Shown here: piece after piece, positions 1 to 11,054 of the stretch
Numbering within the stretch: the stretch's first letter is position 1
How the letters are laid out: each line of letters opens with the position of its first letter
NCBI GenBank assembly: GCA_000002445.1
Contig: CM000207.1
Span: 1,376,001-1,440,000 of the forward strand
DNA length: 64,000 nucleotides
From: Trypanosoma brucei
Lineage: Eukaryota
Direction: 5' to 3'
Program-made: the position numbers and the translations under genes
The notes under the pieces: generated by a model
The model's input: the letters and a program-made list of their open reading frames with translations, nothing else
The model's database searches: none
Told to the model about the DNA's origin: nothing

Positions 1-67
1 AAATCATAAGCACTAGCCGTGTCAACTCACAGCAACTACAGAACAAATTTGGCCACACAACCCGGTG

Positions 68-1198
68 TTAAAAGCATTTGCTGTGTACGATGCTGGGTCC
101 CGACTCGTCGTATTCACTCTTCGTTATCCACATCGACTGGAAGGTTGTTAGTGATGAGAGGATGGAACCGCCAATCCACACGCTATACTTGCGCTCCGGT
201 GGTGCCACAACCTTAGGCTTGATCGATGACGGTGCAAGATTGCTGATCTCCTTTCCAAGTCGCTCAGGTAGGTTCTTGAACATCGTGGTACCGCCAGAGA
301 GCACAATGTTGCCGTAGAGATCACGACGCACGTCAATGTCACACTTGTTGATGGACTGAAAGGTCATCTCATGGAACCCAGGAGCCTCATCAAGTCCAAT
401 GAGAGCAGGCTTAAACAATGCCTCGGGACAGCGGAAACGCTGGTTCCCCACCTGCATAACATTGCCATCAGGAAGTTCGAACGGTTCTTCGCTGACAGAT
501 TTAGCACTGTTCGTCATCTCTTCGTCGAAGTCCAGTGCAACGTAGCATAATTGTTCCTTAATATTCCGCACGATTTCCTTCTCAGCGGAGGTGGTGAACG
601 TCATACCAGTCTCCATTAGGATCTTCATGAGATATTCCGTCAGGTCACGACCAGCCATGTCCACACGACGGATGGCATGAGGAAGAGAATAACCCTCATA
701 TATGGGCACAGTATGTGTCACACCGTCACCAGCGTCGAGAACAATGCCAGTGGTACGGCCAGAAGAATACAGTGACAACACCGCCTGTATTCCGACGTAC
801 ATGGCAGGTACACCAAATGTTTCAAACATAATCTGCGTCATTTTCTCACGGTTTTGCTTGGGGTTCATAGGCGCCTCAGTCAGTAGCACGTTGTGTGACT
901 CAGGGTTGACGCGCAACTCGTTATAGAAGGTATGGTGCCAAACCTTTTCCATGTCATCCCAATTGGTCACAATTCCGTGCTCAATGGGGTACTTCAGCGC
1001 AAGCACACCACGTTTCGCCTGAGCTTCATCACCAACAAACAGTTTCTTGTTTGCACTTCCCATCATCGCTTGCTCATTTTTGGGGCGGCCGACGATGGAT
1101 GGAAATACGTGGCGAGGAGCATCATCTCCGGAGAAACCCGACTTCACCATACCCGAGCCATTGTCACAAACTATAGCAGTTTGTTCCTCGTCCGACAT
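68..1198 (-). CDS. ACT: Actin (376 aa). The ORF-track start at 1234 is a TTG; the true ATG ([16 protein letters not shown]…) is at 1196-1198.
   Basis: Full-length actin over 376 aa; the sequence matches T. brucei actin nearly residue for residue (…[34 protein letters not shown]… ending …[10 protein letters not shown]). I confirmed the ATG by reverse-complementing 1196-1198 (cat). Only one copy lies in the window; the second tandem copy known in T. brucei would sit beyond the low-coordinate edge. Confidence 0.95.
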   Translation of the reverse strand: MSDEEQTAIVCDNGSGMVKSGFSGDDAPRHVFPSIVGRPKNEQAMMGSANKKLFVGDEAQAKRGVLALKYPIEHGIVTNWDDMEKVWHHTFYNELRVNPESHNVLLTEAPMNPKQNREKMTQIMFETFGVPAMYVGIQAVLSLYSSGRTTGIVLDAGDGVTHTVPIYEGYSLPHAIRRVDMAGRDLTEYLMKILMETGMTFTTSAEKEIVRNIKEQLCYVALDFDEEMTNSAKSVSEEPFELPDGNVMQVGNQRFRCPEALFKPALIGLDEAPGFHEMTFQSINKCDIDVRRDLYGNIVLSGGTTMFKNLPERLGKEISNLAPSSIKPKVVAPPERKYSVWIGGSILSSLTTFQSMWITKSEYDESGPSIVHSKCF

Positions 1199-4100
1199 TA
1201 TTTTATGGCAGTAACGAGACCTTACGTAAAGCAAAACTAAATAAGAGCGGAGACTGCAATGCAGAGTAAAAAAAAAACATGAATTTCAGAAGACTTTGTT
1301 TTATAAATGTAACAATTTTTTGTACTGTTATGTCAAAATCTTTTTTCAATTACGGATATTTACGCAGTTATTAACTTGCAGAATGGCGGTAGTTCATAGG
1401 ATGTCATTTGATGGTAACAGCGTTTATTCTTCGCATTCGTACACCTTGATTATTTTGTAGACATCCCTCTTGGCTCATATGTTCGATATCTTATCTTTTG
1501 TTGAACCCAGTGTCGTAGAAACCAGTCGTTTTTTCGTCATCTTAATGTTGGTTAACGTTCCGTGGTAACTTCGTTGTCCCTGGGGGAAAGCGGCCGACAA
1601 TGTATATGTTCTCGTGGCTAGCGTCAACTTTGTGGTCGTTTTTTGTTATTACATCCCCGACGACAAGTGAAAAAGATGGGTGGCGTACGCGGCCGTTTGT
1701 CCTAGTTTAACAGAATGTACCGCCTATTTCACACTTATGGGTATTGACTGAACGCCGCATGCAAGATGTTTTAAACACCTCCAGGTTGAAGCAGTGTTAA
1801 CCAACCACGCCTAATGTTTTGAATGTCACGACCTTTGAGCATTTGGATACTGCAACCAAATAATCAAGCCGCATCATTATGATGTGACTGAGGAAAAAAG
1901 AAACAAAAATGTCCCGCTAAGGTTCCACATGCTTCACCAAAAGCGACCTTAAGCCAACAAGTGGAAGATGACAACAGCATCCTCAGGTTGCGAGAACACA
2001 TTGTTTCGAACACCATGTGTGTTTTCATAGTGTGTAAGTACAGCCCCTTGTCTGATTACCACGAAAACACAAGTGAGTTAGAAGCCTTACCATCTGGTGA
2101 AAGGTCAAACTAACTCATATACGTTCCTCCTTGTCGTAAAACAAAAACAACCAAATCGATTACTAAACAAATAGCAGAACAATCTACAAACAGAGGGAGA
2201 CACTCGGCGGACAATAGTAAATGAATAGTAGTTAGTTGAGAAAAGCATGTGTCCACCTTCCAACACGAAACAGTAGCACACAAGTTGTTGTTACATGAAA
2301 AAAGTGAAGCGAAAATATACGATGCCTCTTTTCCTGCATACAAAACCTGGGTTCCGGATAACCTGGCAGTACAAAAAAAAAAAAGTCGAACTACATCGTG
2401 CGTCAAGCTATCGCTGCAACAAACCCTCCCATATGATATTCAAAACCCATAAGATATATATTTCACCTACATACCGTGGGGAGAAAAAAACCAAATTAAA
2501 CGGGGTCAGGAAGATGCAGGTGGAATACCCGAGTAAATGCGAAGCACCCGGGCACGGTCGTCCCATATTCGAGACACAGTTTTAAAAACAAAAAAGCTGA
2601 TTAGATAGATCACTTTAACAAGGGGAGAATAGCCCATAACCCATTCACACCAGTCGTTCACGTGTAAAAAAAAAAAGGAATAGGTGTGAGAGTTTCTCTC
2701 TTACAAAAAATAAAAATTAAAAAGCAGGGACCCCGATGAGTGCTCTCTGTCCAGTAAGAGTGCCCCAACAAAAAGGTTACATCACAGAAACACAAAGTCC
2801 AGGGAGAAACAGGGTTAACGAGTGCATAGTGTAATACTTTTAAAACATAAAATTCGAGACAAATTGTGATTAATGCATGTTTCAAAAAATAATTTTATTT
2901 CCACCAGCATAAAGAGGAAAGTTCCCCATTCACCTCATGTTACAGCAGCGATAACGCTAGGAAACGCACTGGTCAGTTGATTTCCGTTCCGCTGAGTTTG
3001 ATAAGCTCAGGTGTGAATTAAAAACGTACTCACGACAATGCCGATGGTAAATCGGGTGAATAAAACATCTATGTATGCTCGAAAAACACATGACATTATA
3101 AATACGTCTCCATAGTGCCTACGGAGTCAAATCGAAGGAGGCTGTTGACGGAAATACACTACAAATCGTCAGTTTGAATCATTGCAGCACACCAATGAGA
3201 TCTGAAAGATGCAAAAAAAAAGTATATGTGTTTCTATGGTACTATCCAAAATAATAACTGCAGAACGACGTCTCAACAAAAGAAATCATAATTATAATAA
3301 TGTTAATTTAATAATGACAACATTAACTTCAGTATACTATATTTCATCATGAAGATTTTAAGGGTAGAAATCGGGTACAACACGCATCCGGAAATGTTGG
3401 AATCAACCCTTTATTCCCTCACCTGCATCGTTGTACAAGTTAATACTGAATGCGACATGAAAGTACGTCACCACAGACAACGTCACCTCAAAACGGTACA
3501 GACACTCCCAGCCGGTTGGGTTAAACAACGCCATGCTGAAACTTTTACCCAGAGCAAGTCTACATGCAACATGCTGTTAGGGCACAAAAGTGCATACAAC
3601 GACGTTACAATGATTTAGGTCGATTTTTAAAAATATGTTGCAAATGGTAAAGATGGAACGAGCAGAAACCTTGTCCAATCATCCGAACACTGTTATACAC
3701 CAGAAGTTTTAACAAATAAAAAAAATAACGATCACCCACTTTGCGACAATTATCCCTTAAACCCATATACTTACGGGACAATAGAAGACACATTTCTCTG
3801 AAGTAATCCGAAGTGACTCATCCGCATCATTAGGTCCCCATAAAAACTACAATGGTGGAACCTTCAGAAGTGAACGGGATCATCCACATATGCAAAGCGG
3901 ACGAGTTTAGTCATTCAATTAATCATCGGCATGTACTGTGGACGTCCGACGACCTATTTCCTGTGTTCCGGTGAACATTCAAGTGCAACACGATGCCCAC
4001 TAGAAGATCCCTCAAAATCTTCTTTGCATGGAAAACCCAGAAAAATACTTAACCATCAGAACGAGCGGTGAATAGCGACATCACACTAATTACTCATCTA

Positions 4101-4555
4101 CCACTGGGCAAGGGCGGGTAGAATATTTTTTAAAAAAAATGAATGTGATGGAGCCTGTGCATTACCTTGATGCAGTAAATGGCACGCCCAAGCACTTGCA
4201 CCGAAACGTTCACCACCGAAGAAGGGTATTATACGCGTAACAAATGTGGGCGTCTTTTCGGTGTATCCACCAAAACCTTCTAGCAGTGTACTGTATTCCC
4301 AAAGGGGGAGCAAAGAGAAATGAAGACCGAACTCATCATAGGGAAGCGGATCAATATTGATACATCAAAGTTGGGCTGTTGGTTAAAAAAAAAATGGAAG
4401 TTCACCGACACAAAAGAAATCTACAAAGAGCCACACCACCATCAAAAAAAAAAAGAAGGAAAGTGGTGACATGGGTTTATTTAAGTTTTCTTTACATCAC
4501 CACTCGACAACAACGCGAACTCAAAAAAATGGTGCGAAAGAGGCAGCCAAAAAGT

Positions 4556-4834
4556 TCACCAACGATCGCTCTTGCAGACGGCATCAAGTGGAGCAGATGC
4601 TTCCTTTCCTTCCCGAGTTTTACGCCACCATAGTGTGGCATACGAGGGACCCGGGACACCGATGGGTTTGAATGGCATATTTCCAACCATCCCACTCACA
4701 CTCATGAATCGGAACAGAGTCAACTGGTCGCAGCGAGGGCAGTGGTCATTGCGAAGTGTAAGCTTCCTACAATAGCTGTTCGATACCGCAAATTCGTACA
4801 TGTAACCACAACGAAAGCACGAAAACAACGCCAT
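4556..4834 (-). CDS. Putative small zinc-ribbon-like protein (92 aa), speculative
   Basis: ATG at 4832-4834. Motifs CFRCGYMYEF … x17 … CPRCD (CxxC-x17-CxxC). On the minus strand a polypyrimidine tract (ttctccccgtctggactttctcacttgcgtttgtgttg…ccttcgcctttcaacttctctgttAG) ends in an AG about 12 nt before the ATG, the classic trans-splice acceptor arrangement. I recognised no homolog. It lies in an otherwise gene-free region. Confidence 0.2.
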   Translation of the reverse strand: MALFSCFRCGYMYEFAVSNSYCRKLTLRNDHCPRCDQLTLFRFMSVSGMVGNMPFKPIGVPGPSYATLWWRKTREGKEASAPLDAVCKSDRW

Positions 4835-4950
4835 CCTGCCGATATCCTAACAGAGAAGTTGAAAGGCGAAGGGGAATTTTTTGCTTTCAACACAAACGCA
4901 AGTGAGAAAGTCCAGACGGGGAGAAAGGGGACATACTTCTAAGAAAATGC
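4835..4950 (-). promoter_or_regulatory. Polypyrimidine tract plus AG dinucleotide (candidate spliced-leader acceptor) upstream of small ORF 4556-4834
   Basis: The plus strand is purine-rich (gaaaggcgaaggggaattttttgctttcaacacaaacgcaagtgagaaagtccagacggggagaaagggg), so the minus strand is a long C/T tract followed by AG. Confidence 0.3.
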
Positions 4951-6650
4951 GTGCTTCAGCATCGCCTAGGTCATGCAGGCGCACGCACACATATACGTAG
5001 GCACCGGCAGCGCAAGGGTTTCAGCATAGCCTCCAAGCGACAGAACCAACCAAATACCAACCAACAAACGGTACAAAAGTCACCCATCACCCACCAAAGG
5101 AGCCACACCAACGGTGGCAACTTCTTTCCTCCCTCTCCAGCCCCCCCCCCCTTTAAAAAAAGGGGGGCGCTCATCCTCGCACGATTGATAAAAGGAGGTA
5201 CGTCACACGCCCCCCGAGTGCCCCCGGCCCGACAAATACCCTTCAAAGATAAGACAAAAGACCAGCGGCGAAGTGGGGGGCCACACACACACACCGCAGC
5301 CGAAGCAACCCACCAGATTTTGTGGTGGCCCTCCCGTTCAAAGCGACCTGCACCAGCGCCTTATCATGCTCGACACCCAAACCCGCCGACAGGCGCCGAA
5401 GGACCGACACCGTAACTATGATCCGCATTCCACACCTGAGCCGAACCCCAGTAAAAACAAACAAAACACACGAAAATACGGCCCGCCCACGAGCGGAGGT
5501 GGGTGTGGACGGCCCCGCGGCAACAGATACAACCAGCATCCCAAAAACGCTCACAACAGGCACCGGCTCCGCCCACCACTCACGACGAGCCGGTCCGCAC
5601 ATGAGGTTAGTGGAAGAAAAAAAAACAACGGTCCAGCACAACGCCACTAGCACCAACACCAGGCAGGGCCAAACCTTTGACGAAGCAGTGCTCCACGGGC
5701 ATGGGACCCACGCGAGCCTCCGGTTTCTCGCAAAAGTAAGAGGTCATAAACATTGGCCCCACAGCGGGGCCCCAGCCGCGGTGCCAAAGCAGCGACAGGC
5801 CAATCCCCACACACGCGGAGTCCCCACCGCCACTGGCGTACGAACCTTTAATTGTTGCGAATGCGGCGGCCAGCCGCCCCCATGCACCCCGGGCCCCGAG
5901 CATCAGAGCAGCCGGATGGCCGCCCAGCATCGGAGAGAAGGCCGGTGGCAACACCACCCACTGTCCCTGGGGATGGGGGAGGGACAATGAACGAAATACC
6001 CATTCAACACTTTCCTCAACGCGTGGAGAACGGTGACGGGACCAAATGCAAAAAAAAAAAAGAAGAGCGCACACTAACCACATGATGCGGGCGCACGGCG
6101 TCGGCGGAACCGCCTGCACGGGGTGGGGGCATAGCGGCAGGGAATGGCGTAGGCGTCGCGAAAGATCTAAGGGCAATAAGATGTGTTGAAGTCAAACCTG
6201 CCGAACGCCTGTTCAATCGCGAAGACCAGACAACATTCGTGTCAACATATTTCCACAAATCAACTATCCTTAACCAATAACGGCTGAGGACGTTGAATTC
6301 GACGGAGGGCCGCTCATTGTGGTGTGGACATGAGTTCCCGCAGCCGACCGTGGAACCGAGCCACCGCTTCTGGAAAAGCAGTCGAATGCGCGGTTCGATG
6401 GCGCCCGAGAGGGGAAAAGAAGATCACCGGAGTGCAGCTCTTCCCTCGCATTACTTAGACACTGTATGAAGTAGGAGGGGCTGTGGTGGAGGCGGAAGAA
6501 AGGTAGCAGCAGCGGATTCACCGGCAACACACACAGGGCAAACGTCAGCGGAGGCCGCGACGGGCCCATTCTGGTCACAACCTCCAGCGCATCATTCACA
6601 CGTAGCAAGACTGACCCGAACAGCTTGGCAATAAAGCGGCGTGCAAGAAT
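4950..6650 (-). promoter_or_regulatory. GC-rich island, CA-rich on the plus strand and GT-rich on the transcribed minus strand; candidate GT-rich Pol II initiation element or non-coding island
   Basis: Long runs of caaccaaataccaaccaacaaacgg…, ccacacacacacaccgcagccgaagcaaccc…, aaaacaaacaaaacacacg…. The many overlapping ORFs on both strands (5322..5990, 5607..6176, 5243..5659) lack stop codons because of GC content and have no protein-like composition. Confidence 0.3.
5149..5169. repeat. Homopolymer hairpin C11-TTT-A7-G6
   Basis: ccccccccccc ttt aaaaaaa gggggg read directly. The C-run and G-run are complementary (stem up to 6 bp, A/T-rich loop). Further C6/C5 tracts at 5200-5230 give G-tracts on the minus strand. 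Confidence 0.8.
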
Positions 6651-9600
6651 CGCAGAAAAGATACGGGTGGTTCCTAAGGCGGAGCGGGTGGGAGAAGCTA
6701 AACCATTTTATAATCCACACTAAGAATCAAGGCACAAAAAAAGCATCTCCCGTGGGGGAAGAGCGTGTTGACGACATTTTCCCGGCCAAAGGGCCCAACC
6801 TTATCGACCCAACAGCAGAAAAACTTTCTAGCACCTCGAAGAAGCAACAACGGTGGGCAAGGTGAACTCAGCGGTGAAAGAAACGACCCCAAGGCAACAC
6901 GAATACAAAACAGAAAAACTGGAAGAGGCCGAGGCAGGAATGTGAGACCTGGCTGCCGCGGCACTTGCACCACGGACGTTGAGCACATTAGTTGTAGGCG
7001 TCAAAGAGCAGAAGCCAACAAAACGGCGGTAAGCAGATGCTGTTGCGGAAATGTACTAAAAGAGGCTCAGAAAGATACGGCGAGCTCCGAGGGTGGAATT
7101 ATCAGGGGTAACAAACTATAAGTCTAAGTTGTTTGATTACGGAGGAGCGGAGGTTGACACAGAGTGACGTATACGCTGGAACTGCACCTAGAGAAGATTG
7201 CACACACGGAAAGAAATTGTAGAACCTTGTTTGGAAAGAGAGGAAATGCTTCGTGAGGTTTTATAATCACCGCGTGGAACACGGCGGAATACCCGGGCGG
7301 GGGTGAGAAGGGCGGTAAAACATCACTCTCGGGAGACAGAAAAAGCTTGCAAAAGAGGCGGCGGCAGCCCGAGAAGCGGCCCTTAGAAGTGTTTTCTCCA
7401 AGTCGATGAGGGGTTGATTGGCAGTACACTGAAAGGTCACTTTGATCGGTTGCTTACATCAAAGAAACCGCCGTTTATGCCAAAGCACCAAGCAGTAGAC
7501 ACCAAGTTTTTGACGTTTGGTGAAACAAGGTGGAGAAATGGGGAGACAGCAACTGCTTTCATGGATCGTGCAAGAGCGACCGGCTCAATGGATCGTCGGG
7601 GGATCACTCACTGTGGTTTTAAATCGCTGCGATGCGCATCTCCGCTTAGCGAGACGGATAGGACAGTTGCCGCATAACCGAAAATCCAAAATGAAGATGA
7701 GCAACGCGTAGCCAGGAGATTTCCTCGACCTTAGGGGTGTGGCGGGAATTTGTCCTCGAACCACTTCTGGTCGCTGTGATAATGGAAGCATAATAAGAGG
7801 CACTGATCGGAGCACAGGGATTAAGCATACCTTCCTTGCAAACGGTCCAATCGTCATACGCGCCGGCAGAGGTCTAAAAAAATTTTGAGCAAACGCCACG
7901 GAGGGAGCCTCGGTTGTGTGCCAATGAACGGTCGAAAAGACCTTTCGTGGAAATTTCGGCTGAAGAGGAATGCACAACGTCTCGGTGCTGCCGCGCAGCT
8001 GAATGGACTTTTGAGTGCCTGAGATGCTGGTAAACAAGCCGAATGCACCTAATATATCGAGCCTTACTTCACAACTGGTTAAGATCGCCGTGAAGCGTGT
8101 TCAAAAAATTTTAAGCCACCAAATCGAAACCTCCCAAGCCGTTTACAGATTCCTCAGTGTGGTAGGGTCGTGGGTACGACATTCCGTGGCTGTTTTCATC
8201 TCGCGTTGGCCCCATCGCACGGCAGGGACGGGAAAGAACTACGGTGTTTGGATGTCTTTGAGCGTGGTTGGGGAAACCCCACTGCTGCAGAGCGCTACTC
8301 GAGTTACATCATAGCAAGCGCGTTGCGAAAGGCGCGGAGAGGGGAGGCCCTCTTTTTAAGTTCCCCCGCTTATTGCCGCAACTGTGACGCGCAACGTTGC
8401 ATTTTGTGCTAATGTGGAGGCTGTGGGACAGGAAAATGCGACGTTGCGAAGCCGCACCCTGTCGTATGCGAAGCCACCTGGTTTTCCGAGTTGACAGCCG
8501 CTCGCCACGAACGGAGGGCCCTCTTTATTGTAAAACCCAAACAAGGAAGCAGAGTTCAAGACGTGAAAATGGGGGAACACCGGACGGTCGCGTCGGGAGG
8601 CCGCTGTGAGCGACAAATACGCTCTCCAGCGGAAACATCGACCTCGTCATCAACCGACAGTGCGGCGCCTTTGGTTTGCTTTGTTTCACAAGGCGTGCAT
8701 GCGCACATCGCAGCCGCCACGCAGCCTTTTTCTTCGCACAGGTTTTGTTGGTGCGGAATGAGCGCCCAAAAAGGTTGGTGCACGTAGTAATGGCCAAACT
8801 TAACCGAGGTCTACGCAGTTCGAAGGCGCCGCACATATATGCATATGCGTTGCGCCATGTTTCCCTAAAGTTGTCCAGTGGGTGAGCGTTTTTCTTTTTT
8901 TTTTCTTCACGTATGATGGCCGCGCCTGACTACCGCTGGCTTTGGATTTGGGGAACCGGCGCGCACTAACGAAATGCTGATCGCCGTTGCGTTCGGTGTT
9001 CTCGTTGACTTGTGGGATGTTTACGAACGCGAACTCTGTGGAAAGTTGAAATAATTAAGACGAAAATGCCTTATGGCAGCGCTGCGGATGATCAGGGAGC
9101 TACAGAAATGGAGGAAGAGGAGAATGTGATCGGGAATTCTTTCTTTCCCTTTAGTGACGTACACGGATGGTGGTTGGGAAATTGTTGGGATACGCTTTAG
9201 GAACGCCTCTGGCGGTGTCCGAAGATTTTTTTTTTCGTGCTGGACGAGGCGGGGGATAACTACACCAATAACTTTTTTTTTTTAAAGGAAACAGTTCGGA
9301 AACGGAAGTATCTCTATAACTCAATATCAGGGTACGACAAAAATCTGAACGCGCGGGGTAAATATAAGGGGGTGCGGTCTTCCTCTCAACTCATCACTTC
9401 CCCCTGTTTGTTTTACTGCTGCCTTCACTCCATGACAACGTCGGTATCATAGGGCAAAAATGCAAACATGTACTCTCCCGTATGGATGGGCGATCATGGA
9501 GCACATCACCGCACGCGATTGATTATTTTCCACCACCAAAACGAAAAAAAAGGGGGAAAAAAGACATGCGTAGCGCACAGTGTGTGTGAACACAGCGTTG

Positions 9601-11054
9601 AGTTCCAAAAGTTCCGCTTCACCACCTCATTGCGTTTTCTTTTCTCCCCCTTTCCTCAAACCCTCCAGATGCACGAAGATATCGGAATGAAAAGTAAGAG
9701 AGGGTAGAGACGTCCGATATGTGGCCCTGCAAACGCTAAATGCGACACGGCCCACAAAATGTGATAATATTCAGTTTTGTCACAATATACTGAGATCTCT
9801 CATACATTGGTCCTTTACCGCTCGAACCAATGGTGTGTGCCTTCATTTCCACTTTAGGCTTCACTGCCGTTATTCCGGTGATGATCAGAAGTTTGTATGA
9901 CTCCAGCACTGCGGATAATTCGCATTAGATATTTTACAGTAATTAGTGAGGCATTGATGACCATGTTGCCTTTAAGAACTGTACAGCATATTAGCAACAA
10001 TGACCTTATTCGAAAGATGGAGGGTATACCGCCCGTTCCTCTTCCCCTTCTCCATCCTTGTTGTGGGCAGAAAATAGCCTTGTGACCTGCTTCCAACAAG
10101 ACCTTTCATCTCCTACTGACTGATAAGGTGTTAACCGTAATGCACCGCTGCCAATATCAAAAATAAAATTAAAAAAAACCGCCATAGCCCTGTTCAATCC
10201 ACCTTTGCGCTATGGAAGGAAATTTGTCATCATCGTGCACGTTAAAACTTTTCCTCCCGATCCATAGCACCTGCATTTGCGAAGCCAGTACCATTGGGAA
10301 TTTAAAATAGTTTCATCACCCCTCCCCGCCTCGGTAAAACACCCAAACGGACCACGCATTGGCGCGTGAGGCGGACTCCAACAAGTCACAGACGTACACG
10401 CACATACATACATGAGAGTAAATGAGGCGCAAACCTACTTCTGTCTATCTTCACTTCCTTGGTTTTTAGCTTCAATAACCATGCGTGCTCCAGTCAATCG
10501 ATGCAGCAGTGACATTTTCTTGAATCAGCCTCGTATCACTGAATTGTGCAGCAAATGTACGCGCGAAACGCTGGGGATACCTCCGCATAAAGACATAATC
10601 GTCTCGTCCATGGGATCGCTGCGTGAGACTTTTTCGTGCGTGGGCAAGAGCTCTGCGGCAGAGCAAAGGCACGGAGGTGCAAATGCGATGTTTAACTGCT
10701 TTCATATTTATCAATGTCCTTCACATCTAAGCCATATCACCAAACTTTATCCTAACTGCTAAATGTATACGTGTGAACTCAAATAAACGATGATGTGGGA
10801 ACAAAACGGCAAATCTCCATTGGACCGTATTACATCAGGAGAAAGTTACCAAGTGAGTGTCGTAGAGCATTTCGAAACACTATTAGTGCTATTATTACAA
10901 AAACCTCACGTATTGTGTTGATGACGTGGTCATAATGACCAGTATTCTTGTTCCCCTTTCCCCCCTCCCCAATCCACCACACCGCTTTCTTTCTTTTCTT
11001 TACGTAGGGGTGAATCGCAACAGCCAAGTCCCGGTGAAACACCGATCGAGCTAT

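Noticed and set aside
4951-6258. Overlapping ORFs in the GC island (4951..5415+, 5322..5990+, 5273..5650+, 5243..5659-, 5607..6176-, 6016..6258-)
   Set aside because: They overlap each other in multiple frames on both strands. They lack stops simply because the region is GC-rich. The compositions are Pro/Arg/Gly/Ala-heavy with no protein-like pattern, and no splice signal sits in front of any of them.
1235-11054. Degenerate ingi/RIME/DIRE/SIDER retroelement, or rRNA, snRNA or tRNA genes in the gene desert
   Set aside because: I found no reverse-transcriptase, endonuclease or gag-like ORF fragments and no terminal A-tract with a target-site duplication. I found no SSU/LSU rRNA landmarks (for example gatctggttgattctgccagt) and no U2/U6 snRNA cores. 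No GGTTCGAnTCC-type tRNA B-box appears on either strand. I cannot exclude divergent snoRNAs without a covariance-model search, so this is noted under findings as something to check rather than claimed.
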